Positions 50,521-60,007 of a DNA stretch of 64,000 nt are shown piece by piece. How positions within the stretch are numbered: the first letter of the stretch is position 1; each line of letters opens with the position of its first letter. The translations under genes and the position numbers were made by a program. Source of the stretch: Patescibacteria group bacterium (GTDB taxonomy: Bacteria; Patescibacteriota; Dojkabacteria; J137); the NCBI GenBank assembly GCA_016861265.1, contig BOLA01000001.1, forward strand, positions 139,569 through 203,568, given 5' to 3'. The notes under the pieces are model-generated. The model saw only the letters and a list, made by a program, of their open reading frames with translations, made no database searches and was not told the DNA's origin.

Positions 50521-50850
50521 TTATAGTACTGTATCCCCTAGATTATCTTTACCTTCAAGGTTATCAGAATCAGACTCATCCATACCGGTAGCTACAACAT
50601 CGTTATCGTTTTCTGCTGTAAGCGTTGCATCATCTTCATCGTAATCAGTCGAAGCGTCGTCACCAAGTCCGGCGTCTAAAGCAGCATCCTCATTGTTCAA
50701 ATCATTTGTATTAGTAATATAGTCCTTCTGTTCATTATCTTCGTAAAGACCTGCTGCATACCTTGTTCCCTGTTCGTCCAAAGAATCCATTTCTAGTTCG
50801 GAAGTCTGATCATCTGTTGCCTGAGGATTGATTTTTTGATCGTCTTGCAT
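50521..50850 (-). CDS. Highly acidic, probably disordered hypothetical protein
   Basis: 109 aa, D/E/N/T-rich with very few basic residues. Confidence 0.7.
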   Translation of the reverse strand: MQDDQKINPQATDDQTSELEMDSLDEQGTRYAAGLYEDNEQKDYITNTNDLNNEDAALDAGLGDDASTDYDEDDATLTAENDNDVVATGMDESDSDNLEGKDNLGDTVL

Positions 50851-50871
50851 AATTTTAATTTAAAAAATAAT

Positions 50872-51327
50872 TTATAATTCCATACTGTCAGACAGCATAA
50901 CTGAATCTATTACCTGAATAATTCCATTACTTGCTGTTAAATCAGCCTCATCTAAATTTACGTCTCCCAACACTATACTTCCATCTTCCGATATAACTTT
51001 GATTGATTGCCCATCCATTAATGTAATGTTCTGGGTATTCATTGAATCAAGTTCATCCGAGGTTAATTCACCTTCTACAATATGGTGGCTTAGAATCTTT
51101 CCAATTAATTCGTGATTCGAAAGAATAGACATTATGCTCATTTCTTTAGTAGCTAATAACTTCTCTAAATCATCAAAGGCTTCATCTGTGGGAGCGAAAA
51201 AAGTGTATGGACCTTCCTCCTCTACTAAAAGCGTTCTAAATCCATCGTTTGCATCTATTAATTGTAATAGTTTATCGAAATTACCATGGTCTACAAGAAC
51301 ATCGTATATGCACATTTGTTCTTCCAT
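50872..51327 (-). CDS. Fasciclin (FAS1) domain protein without signal peptide
   Basis: GPYTFFAPTDEAF, ILSHHIV, ASNGIIQVIDSVM. Confidence 0.9.
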   Translation of the reverse strand: MEEQMCIYDVLVDHGNFDKLLQLIDANDGFRTLLVEEEGPYTFFAPTDEAFDDLEKLLATKEMSIMSILSNHELIGKILSHHIVEGELTSDELDSMNTQNITLMDGQSIKVISEDGSIVLGDVNLDEADLTASNGIIQVIDSVMLSDSMEL

Positions 51328-51410
51328 TTTGTAATGTTAATAATTATTGAATTTATTCTAAATTATTAACGGTAAATTTCAAATGAAGAAAGAGTAAATT
51401 ATTGTCCATG

Positions 51411-52394
51411 TTACTCACGTGTGTTTAAACAAAGGCTTATTGTATCTTGGAAGTCCTGCTCTATATTATACTCTCCATAATTTAAGCTCTGCTTACTTTC
51501 TTCAATGGGTAGGAAGGTATTGCTAGTTTGTAATGTTATAAAATCTACAATATTTAATCCCGATTCCTCTCCTTTTAGGAATTGCATAAATTTTATAATA
51601 ACTGCACCAATCCTTACTAAAAATGTAGGAATATAGACCACCTTTATAACCCTGTTTTTATTCTGCTTTAGTGAGTTCAGCCAGTCTGCCCAAGTTAAAT
51701 TTACATCGACTACCTGGTAACAGGAATTTTTAGTCACAATTTCAAGGGCATTTGCTATTGCGGCCCCTACGTTTCTAACCGAGGCTACTGCCGTTCCACC
51801 CTTTGTATAGAATTTGTATTTACCAGGAGAATTTACATATCTTATTAATCCTTCCCACAAGGAACCTTTTGTTGGGGTAACACCTACAATATATGGTAGT
51901 TCAATTATTGCTGTAGGCATATCCTCACCAGCAGCTTCAAAAGCCTTCTCTTGCTGTAGCTTTCTAGATCTAATATAGGGGTGCTTTTGAGCCAACTTCA
52001 TTTGTGGCCAAATTCTATTAAAATAGGCAAAGTAAGAATTTAATATTACGTTCTTTTTAACACCAGCCTTTTTAGCAATTGAGATCAGCCTTTCTATACT
52101 TTCAACGTTCGCCTTATAGTAGAAATCAAATGCAGGCTTCTTTGGAATAATTCGATCGTCTGCTCCGGCCGCAAATATAAAGTAATCATGGACTTTAAAG
52201 ATTTCCAGAAGTTGATCATCGGTAAGACTATTTACATCAGCCTTCTGTACAGTAACGTTTATAGGTAGGAAGTTATCTGGAACCGTGTCTATAGACAATG
52301 CTGTGACTTGATATCCTCTATTAACCAACTCATTACAAATATGATAGCCCAGATAACCCGTACCCCCAATAATAAGAACTCTAGATTTATCCAT
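51411..52394 (-). CDS. NAD-dependent epimerase/dehydratase (extended SDR)
   Basis: GGTGYLG, FAAGAD, YIRSR in the YxxxK position. Confidence 0.85.
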   Translation of the reverse strand: MDKSRVLIIGGTGYLGYHICNELVNRGYQVTALSIDTVPDNFLPINVTVQKADVNSLTDDQLLEIFKVHDYFIFAAGADDRIIPKKPAFDFYYKANVESIERLISIAKKAGVKKNVILNSYFAYFNRIWPQMKLAQKHPYIRSRKLQQEKAFEAAGEDMPTAIIELPYIVGVTPTKGSLWEGLIRYVNSPGKYKFYTKGGTAVASVRNVGAAIANALEIVTKNSCYQVVDVNLTWADWLNSLKQNKNRVIKVVYIPTFLVRIGAVIIKFMQFLKGEESGLNIVDFITLQTSNTFLPIEESKQSLNYGEYNIEQDFQDTISLCLNTRE

Positions 52395-52478
52395 ACAATG
52401 ATAGTAAAAAATAGTTCCAATTCACTAGGAATAGGCAAGGATTTAAGGTATTATAGTACTTTTTAGGAAGAATAAAAT

Positions 52479-52552
52479 CGGGATGGAAGGGACTCGAACC
52501 CTCAACCTTTCGCGTGACAGGCGAATGCTCTAACCAGTTGAGCTACCACCCC
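52479..52552 (-). tRNA. tRNA-Asp(GTC)
   Basis: GGGGTGG/CCATCCC acceptor stem, ttcgc-ctGTCac-gcgaa, GGTTCGAG; no encoded CCA. Confidence 0.96.
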
Positions 52553-52613
52553 ATTAAGAGGCTAAGAATTTTAGCGTATTTTATACTAAATTACCATACT
52601 TTTTAACTCCTGC

Positions 52614-53009
52614 TCATTTTCTTCTTTTCTGTATAGTGGCGTGGATATGCTTTCTCTTTTTTTCGGCAATTAGAGAGTAGAATTTATCCAGTTTATCTAG
52701 TTCCTCGTCCGACATATCCTCTAGGTCAATAAGCTCATCGTCTGCTTCCTTTATACCATATAAAATAGCGTCTAGCTTTAACTGCATGGCTTTAGTATCG
52801 TGGTTTTGGGAGTTCTGAATAATAAAGACCATAAGAAAGGTTATTATCGAAGTAATTGTATTCATTACTAACTGCCATTCATTGGAAAAATTGAAAATAG
52901 GGCCGGAAATTAGCCAGCTTAAGATAGTTAATACAGCAATTATAAATACATAAGGATTACCCGTAAATTTAGCTACTTTTCTGGAAAACTTTCTAAAAAA
53001 ATCATTCAT
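52614..53009 (-). CDS. Low-affinity iron permease (Fet4-like) family protein
   Basis: GPIFNFSNEWQLVMNT.TSIITFLMVFIIQNSQNHDTKAMQLKLD. Confidence 0.9.
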   Translation of the reverse strand: MNDFFRKFSRKVAKFTGNPYVFIIAVLTILSWLISGPIFNFSNEWQLVMNTITSIITFLMVFIIQNSQNHDTKAMQLKLDAILYGIKEADDELIDLEDMSDEELDKLDKFYSLIAEKKRKHIHATIQKRRK

Positions 53010-53013
53010 AAAA

Positions 53014-53844
53014 TTAATTTAATATATTTTTATATAAATTGAACATCTGTTTATTTGCATTTTCCCAAGTGAAATCCCTGACCTGGGGATAGGTATAAAA
53101 TTTTAAAATCCCATTCTTTATGCTTTCAACATTTCTTTCTATTTTAATCAAATTTAAATCTTTAGACGAGCCAACATCGGTAGTTATCACGGGAATATTC
53201 AACGCCATACATTCAAAAATTGGATTGCAATGACCTTCGTTATAAGATGCAGAAACTAACAGATCAATACTCTCATAATAATCTTTCATTTTAGAATGTT
53301 CAATATCGCCTATAGCTGGATTAAAAGTTACATTTAATTCCTCACAGGCTTTTTTTATTAATTCAAAACCTTTGTATTCAGTTGGTTTTCCGGCAAAGCC
53401 AACAACAAATTGCTTCTTATTGTTTAAGAATTGTTCACTTATTCCATTGGGTATATAAACTGAACCTGGGAATTCATTTAGAAGATCTCTATTTATTACA
53501 TGAGTAAAGAATTTATTTCGGGAAATAATTTCCTGTAAGTTCTGAACATAGTTACCATATCTTCCTGATCTGATAGATAGCAAGAATGGCTTGGTAAATT
53601 TATCAATAATATCTAAGTGAAAAGATAAATCTGAGTTTCCATAATGAATAAGATCAAAGTCATTAGACATGTTTAAGAGCTTTTGAGAATCTACAAGTGC
53701 ATAGTATTCTTTTGTAAAATCCACTGGTACGCCTTTTATAATATTATCGATATTTCTATCAACAACCCAGCCTGGTTTATCGGACAGTATTAGTACTTTT
53801 GGCTTTTTTTGTTCCATACTACAAACATGGTCTATAATGTACAA
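53014..53844 (-). CDS. Glycosyltransferase family 4
   Basis: IPNGI, KGF, EGHCNPIFECMA..IPVITTDVG; start may be the Met at 53817. Confidence 0.88.
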   Translation of the reverse strand: MYIIDHVCSMEQKKPKVLILSDKPGWVVDRNIDNIIKGVPVDFTKEYYALVDSQKLLNMSNDFDLIHYGNSDLSFHLDIIDKFTKPFLLSIRSGRYGNYVQNLQEIISRNKFFTHVINRDLLNEFPGSVYIPNGISEQFLNNKKQFVVGFAGKPTEYKGFELIKKACEELNVTFNPAIGDIEHSKMKDYYESIDLLVSASYNEGHCNPIFECMALNIPVITTDVGSSKDLNLIKIERNVESIKNGILKFYTYPQVRDFTWENANKQMFNLYKNILN

Positions 53845-53863
53845 ACATTAACAATTTTACAAA

Positions 53864-54556
53864 ATGAATTCAGAATTAGATATAAGTAAATATGATTTTG
53901 TAGATTTTGGAGCTTCTGTTGGAGGTTCTATTGATTTTGCGATCAAGGCACTCGGTGGTGTAAATGGGCTAGGAATTGATATCGATCCAGTTAAGGTAAG
54001 AAAAATGCAAGACTTAGGATTGAACGCCTACTGTGCTGATTTTACACAGCTACCGTTTCCTAGAAAAAGTGTGCGATTTATTGTTATAAGTCATGTTTTA
54101 GAACATTTACCGAGTTTAGAAGTTGCAAAGGCATCAATTAAGCAGGCATGTGACCTTGCAACCGATTTTGTTTTTATTCAAGGGCCCTACTATGATGGTG
54201 ATGAATATTTAAGAAAGTTAGGGTTAAAATTTTTCTGGTCAGATTGGAAGGGACATACGTGTCATTTTAGTGTAAAGAATCTGAAAGATACATTAAGGGA
54301 ATTAAATATTTCAGATTACAAATTATTTATGAATAAAATAGTGTCACATTCAATGTCACCATTTGTTCATCCACTAAATTCCCCACCTAATCAGCATGAT
54401 TATGATTCATTAATACATCCACCTAAACACTTAATAACTTTTGACAAGAAATTGTATAGAGAATTTGTATGTTATATTAAATTGAACCCGGATTTAAAAG
54501 ACTGGGATAAAATAATAAAATCACGCAAAGGTGTTATAACAGAACATGAGGAATAA
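53864..54556 (+). CDS. Class I SAM-dependent methyltransferase
   Basis: VDFGASVG, GIDID, SHVLEHL. Confidence 0.85.
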   Translation: MNSELDISKYDFVDFGASVGGSIDFAIKALGGVNGLGIDIDPVKVRKMQDLGLNAYCADFTQLPFPRKSVRFIVISHVLEHLPSLEVAKASIKQACDLATDFVFIQGPYYDGDEYLRKLGLKFFWSDWKGHTCHFSVKNLKDTLRELNISDYKLFMNKIVSHSMSPFVHPLNSPPNQHDYDSLIHPPKHLITFDKKLYREFVCYIKLNPDLKDWDKIIKSRKGVITEHEE

Positions 54557-55970
54557 GATAGCAATATATACTTCAATATTTGGTGGTAAAGATACACTGC
54601 GAGAGCAAATTAAATTTGAGAATGTTGACTACTTTTGTTTTACCGATAACAAAGATTTAAAATCAGATACATTCCAGATTAAACATTACCCTGCTACGTC
54701 CTCAGATCCGGTTAGGAGTGCAAAAGTCTTTAAGATGATGCCTCATATTTTTTTAAAAGATTATGAATATACCATTTGGATTGATGGGAATATAATATTA
54801 AACCCCCAATTCATGGAGCTTTTTAAGTATCTTGAACAGGGAGATATAGCACTTTTTAAACACCCTCACAGAGATTGTATGTACATTGAGGCTGCAGCGT
54901 GCGTAAAAAGGAATAAGGACAATCATTATGTGATTAAGACTCAAGTAAAGCAATACCACAAGGAAGGTTATCCTGAACATAATGGATTAAATACTGCTGG
55001 CGTTATTTTTAGAAGAAATAAATCGGAGAATGTAAAAAAGTTAAATAACGCCTGGTGGGAAGAAATTCAAAAATTCAGTAGAAGGGACCAATTAAGTTTT
55101 AACTACGTTCTGTGGAAGAATAAATTGAATGTAGTAACAATAGATTTACCCTATGAAACTGGTAATCATCATTTTAAAATTGATAAGCATATAATTGGAA
55201 ACTCGCTTGATATTCCGGAAGCAAGAACCGAATATCAAAAAATGGAAGACCTTATTAGAACTAATGAGTTAATAAGAAAAGAAAAATTAAAGAAAAAGGT
55301 AATATATACTGCCATTTTTGGAAAAATTGATGATTTAATTGAACCCGAAGGTGACTATTCAGACTTTGACTTTATATGCTTTACTGATAGAAAGAATTTA
55401 GTTTCTAAGAGATATAAAATAATAAGAGTGAACAGATTTCACAAAGACCCTACCCTAGACGCAAGAATGTATAAGCTCCTTCCACATATATTTTTACCCC
55501 AATATGAATATTCTATATGGATTGATGGAAGGGTAATAATAAAGAAGAAAGATTTAACTCCTCTATTCGATTATTTGGGTGATACTAATCTTGCAGTGTT
55601 TCCTCATATGCACAGAGATTGTATTTACGAAGAAGCTAAGGCTTGTATTTATAGAGGGAAGGACAAACCAATGGTAATTCTAAATCAAATTACTCAATAC
55701 AATAAAGAAAAATACCCTACAAAAAATGGTGGTGTAGAAACTGGTGTTCTTGTACGTAAGCATATGCAAAAAGATGTTATAGAATTACAGAACCATTGGT
55801 GGAATGAATTACTAAAATATTCCAAACGGGATCAAATAAGTTTTAACTATGTAGCCTGGAAGCAAAAATTTAAGTTCAAATACATTGACGGTCACGTGTG
55901 GGATAACAAATACTTTAGAGTTTTGGAAAAACATCTGGCTGATTCCAGGAAACTATTGTCTTCTCAATAG
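54546..55970 (+). CDS. Tandem DUF616 (TOD1/MUCI70-like) glycosyltransferase-domain protein
   Basis: Two copies of IYT.IFG..D...CFTD...K..PH.FL..YEY.IWIDG...H.HRDC.Y.EA...WW.E....S.RDQ.SFNYV.WK. Confidence 0.85.
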   Translation: MRNKIAIYTSIFGGKDTLREQIKFENVDYFCFTDNKDLKSDTFQIKHYPATSSDPVRSAKVFKMMPHIFLKDYEYTIWIDGNIILNPQFMELFKYLEQGDIALFKHPHRDCMYIEAAACVKRNKDNHYVIKTQVKQYHKEGYPEHNGLNTAGVIFRRNKSENVKKLNNAWWEEIQKFSRRDQLSFNYVLWKNKLNVVTIDLPYETGNHHFKIDKHIIGNSLDIPEARTEYQKMEDLIRTNELIRKEKLKKKVIYTAIFGKIDDLIEPEGDYSDFDFICFTDRKNLVSKRYKIIRVNRFHKDPTLDARMYKLLPHIFLPQYEYSIWIDGRVIIKKKDLTPLFDYLGDTNLAVFPHMHRDCIYEEAKACIYRGKDKPMVILNQITQYNKEKYPTKNGGVETGVLVRKHMQKDVIELQNHWWNELLKYSKRDQISFNYVAWKQKFKFKYIDGHVWDNKYFRVLEKHLADSRKLLSSQ

Positions 55971-57950
55971 TCTTTTTATCTTAATCCCGGTAGGAGACTT
56001 TCTGAAGAAACGTCTAACCTTCTTTTTTAATTTATTATATGCCAGCCAGAGTTTTAAAGTTACAGGATTATGCTCTATTACCCTTACAATATAGGCCTTT
56101 AGCGATTTAAGCACGTTCTTCTTCATGAAATGTTCAACCATACTCGGGGAGTAAAATGGTGTGACAATTTTTCTTGAGGAAAAATTGTTTACTGTTTCTA
56201 CTATAAAATTAGGAAGCTCATCAATATTTCTATAATCACTTCTTTTGAATTTTGACTCTCTTGTAATGATTTGAACCTTTACACCTTCTTCGTCTGCAAT
56301 ATTCTTTAGTTCATCTGTTCTGTAATTACTACCTATAAAGTATTTTGTGGCGTTTTTAATAAAATTTTGAGGAAATTCAATACTTCCCAGAAAGTATACT
56401 TTTTTAATATTATTTCGTAGTTTCTTTTCGTTTTCTTTTGTATATGGGCCTTCAACAAATAAAATATCCTTTTCTCTGTTTAAATGCATCTGGTCAATTA
56501 CCTCGGAAAGTTTGAATGAATTTCTTAGATCTGAAGATAATAATGTAAATTCTCTACTCAATAATTCAGGATGGTCAGTAAATAACTTAATAATGTTGCT
56601 TATTTCTGCCAATGGATTTACCCTAATAAAATCAAGAAATTCAGGAATCATATACGGGTAACGTTGTTTTAGCAATGTAGAATTCTTCTTTTTTAATGCT
56701 AACTTTGCTTCACTCGTAAAAGATCTAGAACCCAAATGCTTTACAAAGGAGTTGCCGGCTAGGATGTTTATAAATCCTTTTTCTCTTACCCGCAAACTAA
56801 ACTCATTCTCTTCTCCGTAACCTTTACCGAACTCTTCTTCATTTAAAATACCTACTTTATTTATACACTCTCTTTTTATATACATACAAAAACCATGAGC
56901 GCTATGTACCTCAATTCTATTTTGAGAAACGAATTTGTTTAGAATATTCGAAATTAACTCAACATCAATATCCTGCTTGCCTTTTATGCAGGGTATCGAA
57001 AGATCTTCTATGCTATTCGAAAGAGGGCTTGCGGTCATTATTTTACTGTCTGAGTAAACGGCTTTCTGCAGGTTCTCAAGCCAGAAAGGACCCGGAATAG
57101 TATCAGTGTTAAGTAAAATAACATCATTCTTACTTGCTTGTATTCCCACATTACAGCTGCGGACAAAACCAGAGTTTACTTTGTTTTCGATAATTGTAAC
57201 TAAATCATCATTCATAAATTTTGCTCTTATCTTGTTGTTCAACTCTTCATCTGGTCCCTGATCCAATACAATAAATACGTTTTCAAGGCTTTGAATTTTG
57301 TATTGTTTAACTTTTTCAATACACTCAAAGATGTTTCTATCGTTATAAAAAGGAAGAATAATATCAACCTTTTGTTGCCGCTTTAATTCTATGTTTTCCG
57401 TAAACGATTCTAATCTTTTAAAAACAAAACTATGACTGTATTTAGAATCTATCGAATTAAAGAAATTCTTAAAATTATCAAAAATCAGTCCCGCACTACT
57501 TTCTATAAGATTTTTATAATGCTGATATTCAAAGTAACCTTTGTACTTTGGATTATCTGTTAAATCTTCGTTAACAAACCAAATATGCGGTTTGTTTATT
57601 AATGTGCTTGCTACTGCACCCGAGTTAGATAGCATTGAAATTGTCAAAACCACGTCTACATTCCATTCTGCGAGCTGGTTTGCTATTGGTACTGTATATT
57701 TAAACGTTTCTTCTGTATGGTCAGACGACGAGAAGTCCTTTGAGTATGCAGGAAAAATCCAAGGATTTGCATGTAGGGTTGTATAGTCAATATTCAGCTT
57801 GTCTAGTTCATTAGAATAGTGTCCGTTACTACCCCCAAGAATAACTTTAATCTTGAAATTCTTTTCCTTAAATATTGCAATGAATTTTCTTAAGGTTCTA
57901 ATTGTTGTGCTTGCTTCGCCATCTGTTGGACAAAATATTCCGATTGTCAT
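55953..57950 (-). CDS. Glycosyltransferase family 2 with flanking GT4-like segments
   Basis: VDIILPFYN, NSGFVRSCN.G, LLNTDT, GFCMYIKR, FGKGYGEENEF, FVKHLGSRSF. Confidence 0.85.
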   Translation of the reverse strand: MTIGIFCPTDGEASTTIRTLRKFIAIFKEKNFKIKVILGGSNGHYSNELDKLNIDYTTLHANPWIFPAYSKDFSSSDHTEETFKYTVPIANQLAEWNVDVVLTISMLSNSGAVASTLINKPHIWFVNEDLTDNPKYKGYFEYQHYKNLIESSAGLIFDNFKNFFNSIDSKYSHSFVFKRLESFTENIELKRQQKVDIILPFYNDRNIFECIEKVKQYKIQSLENVFIVLDQGPDEELNNKIRAKFMNDDLVTIIENKVNSGFVRSCNVGIQASKNDVILLNTDTIPGPFWLENLQKAVYSDSKIMTASPLSNSIEDLSIPCIKGKQDIDVELISNILNKFVSQNRIEVHSAHGFCMYIKRECINKVGILNEEEFGKGYGEENEFSLRVREKGFINILAGNSFVKHLGSRSFTSEAKLALKKKNSTLLKQRYPYMIPEFLDFIRVNPLAEISNIIKLFTDHPELLSREFTLLSSDLRNSFKLSEVIDQMHLNREKDILFVEGPYTKENEKKLRNNIKKVYFLGSIEFPQNFIKNATKYFIGSNYRTDELKNIADEEGVKVQIITRESKFKRSDYRNIDELPNFIVETVNNFSSRKIVTPFYSPSMVEHFMKKNVLKSLKAYIVRVIEHNPVTLKLWLAYNKLKKKVRRFFRKSPTGIKIKRLLRRQ

Positions 57951-58000
57951 TTTATCGCTTTAAATTTCTAGGTATAAAAATTATAACTTATAAACTGCTA

Positions 58001-58792
58001 CTATTTTGAGGCTTTTAATTCCTCTATGTTTTTTAGTGCATCTTCGTATCTTGTTAATGCTTTGTCCGGTGAACCATCAAACTTTACAATTCCTCTATTC
58101 AGCCATAAACATCTTGTACAATATTTTGAAATTGAGGCCAAGCTATGTGTAACGTATAGAATTGTTTTTTTCTTTTCTATTAGTTCAAGAATTGATGCTA
58201 AGGATTTTTTTCTAAACTCCGCATCTCCAACAGACATAATTTCATCTAGTAAATAAATATCTCCATCTGTTTGTATTGCAATAGAAAACCCAAGCCTTAC
58301 CTTCATTCCGCTGGAATAGTTTTTTACTGGAGTCTTCATAAAACCTTCTAACCCAGAATATTCAACAATCTCGTCATATTTTTGCTTTATATGTGCGTTT
58401 GTCATTCCAAGAAGTGTTCCATTTAGGTAAATATTTTCTTCTCCTGAAAGTTCTGGGTTAAATCCAACTCCGAGCTCAAGAAATGGAATTATTCTACCGT
58501 TAACTTTTACTCTGCCCGATGTGGGTGCGTAAATATCAGCTATTAATTTTAAAAGTGTACTTTTTCCACTACCATTTCTTCCAATTATTCCTACAAACTC
58601 CCCCTGTTTTATTGAAAAATTTACATCGGTAAGTACATTGAACATTTTCGATTTATTCTGATTTAAAATTGACAATACGTAAGACTTTAAAGTTTCCTTC
58701 TTGTCTTCAGCTATCCAAAAAGTCTTAGATAAATTCTCAACTTCAATCATTGTTTTATTTTCTTGCGAGTTCATACTAAAAATATTCTGCAA
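58001..58792 (-). CDS. wzt: Polysaccharide ABC exporter ATPase (Wzt/TagH-like)
   Basis: GRNGSGKST, LELGVGFNPELSG.ENI, YSSGMKVRL, LLDE; start probably the Met at 58774. Confidence 0.9.
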   Translation of the reverse strand: MQNIFSMNSQENKTMIEVENLSKTFWIAEDKKETLKSYVLSILNQNKSKMFNVLTDVNFSIKQGEFVGIIGRNGSGKSTLLKLIADIYAPTSGRVKVNGRIIPFLELGVGFNPELSGEENIYLNGTLLGMTNAHIKQKYDEIVEYSGLEGFMKTPVKNYSSGMKVRLGFSIAIQTDGDIYLLDEIMSVGDAEFRKKSLASILELIEKKKTILYVTHSLASISKYCTRCLWLNRGIVKFDGSPDKALTRYEDALKNIEELKASK

Positions 58793-59549
58793 TTTTTTTT
58801 ACTTGTCTATTAAAGAATTTACTGCCCAGATAACACACAATTAAACCTAGGACCAGGTAGATTAAAATTGTTGAGTATTCAATACTGGAGTAAATGTTAA
58901 ATCCAGCCCTTACTTGATTTATCAATATTCCTACAGGATTTAAGGCCATAAAGCTAGAACCTCCAGCTAAACTATCCTTTTCTGCTACAAAAAATATTGG
59001 TGTTGCCCAATAAAACAAGAATAGTGCAAGCTCCATAATATTTTTTAAATCTCTGAACCTAATTGTAAAAACTGAAGTGAAAAACGATATTCCTAATCCC
59101 CACACAAATGCTGTAATACTTACTAATATAAAATACAGTATTCCTATTGGAGTAATCTGAACTCCTGCAGTAAAAGCTAAAATAAGAATAAGTATCGTAT
59201 TTATTAATAAATTAATTACTGCATTTGCTAGAGAGCTCAATAAGGCAATCTCCTTTGGGAAACTGACTTTTAAGATAATATTGGATTTATCGAGCAACGC
59301 CATTTGCCCGAATGTAATCATTTCAGATATAAAACCGTAAAAGACAATCCCAATTAATAGGTAGAGTCCGTAATTTTCTATGGGAGCTTTTCCTGCATTA
59401 ACTCTTATATAATAAAGTACCAAGAAGGTTGCATAGGGCTTTATTAGTACCCACAAGATACCTAAAACCGAATTCTGGTATCTCATTTTAAAGTTTGCCT
59501 TTACAAGATTTATTAGCAGGTCTCTTTTTGATATAACGCTTTTCTGCAT
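58776..59549 (-). CDS. wzm: Polysaccharide ABC exporter permease (Wzm/TagG-like)
   Basis: FKMRYQNSVLGILW...P, FRDL, TPIF, LNP; 6 TM. Confidence 0.9.
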   Translation of the reverse strand: MQKSVISKRDLLINLVKANFKMRYQNSVLGILWVLIKPYATFLVLYYIRVNAGKAPIENYGLYLLIGIVFYGFISEMITFGQMALLDKSNIILKVSFPKEIALLSSLANAVINLLINTILILILAFTAGVQITPIGILYFILVSITAFVWGLGISFFTSVFTIRFRDLKNIMELALFLFYWATPIFFVAEKDSLAGGSSFMALNPVGILINQVRAGFNIYSSIEYSTILIYLVLGLIVCYLGSKFFNRQVKKIAEYF

Positions 59550-59660
59550 GTTCTTAAACTAATTGTGTTCTAAAAAACAATCTTATACTATTTATTAGAT
59601 ATTGTCATTCGCGACTATGGATGAGTTTTACAGGTAATAATATTTTAGTATAATACCTGA

Positions 59661-59810
59661 ACGCAGACGTGGCGGAACTGCTCAAGAGATTCGTGATGAG
59701 AGCTTTGCATTTCAAAGAATCGAATCTAGAAGATCTTAGTCCCTTTAGGGAGTATACTCGGAGGAGTTAGAATTAATAGCTTTATAAATTACGCAGACGT
59801 GGCGGAACTG
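59661..59810 (+). repeat. 20-bp direct repeat of the tRNA-Leu 5' end flanking a 110-bp insert
   Basis: acgcagacgtggcggaactg at 59661-59680 and 59791-59810. Confidence 0.92.
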
Positions 59811-59876
59811 GTATACGCGCAACGTTGAGGTCGTTGTCCAATTTATTGGGTGCAGGTTCAAGTCCTGTCGTCTGCA
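59793..59876 (+). tRNA. tRNA-Leu(GAG)
   Basis: GCAGACG/CGTCTGC acceptor stem, caacg-ttGAGgt-cgttg, long variable arm, GGTTCAAG; no encoded CCA. Confidence 0.94.
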
Positions 59877-60007
59877 ATTTAATACTCAATAGCTAATTTA
59901 TATCTAATATTATACTTTTCCTTAGTTTTAATCCCAATAAATTAACTTTTATTCTTTAAATAAATCTGATTAAATAGACTAACAGCTAAATTTTAATCCT
60001 GATATCA

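Noticed and set aside
50243-50591. Plus-strand ORFs 50243-50506 and 50307-50591 (likewise minus-strand 48230-48493)
   Set aside because: Antisense shadows of GC-richer cassettes; promoter and SD support the opposite strand.
59690-59730. Hammerhead-like GTGATGAG in the tRNA-associated insert
   Set aside because: The core CUGAUGA and GAAA elements are not matched.
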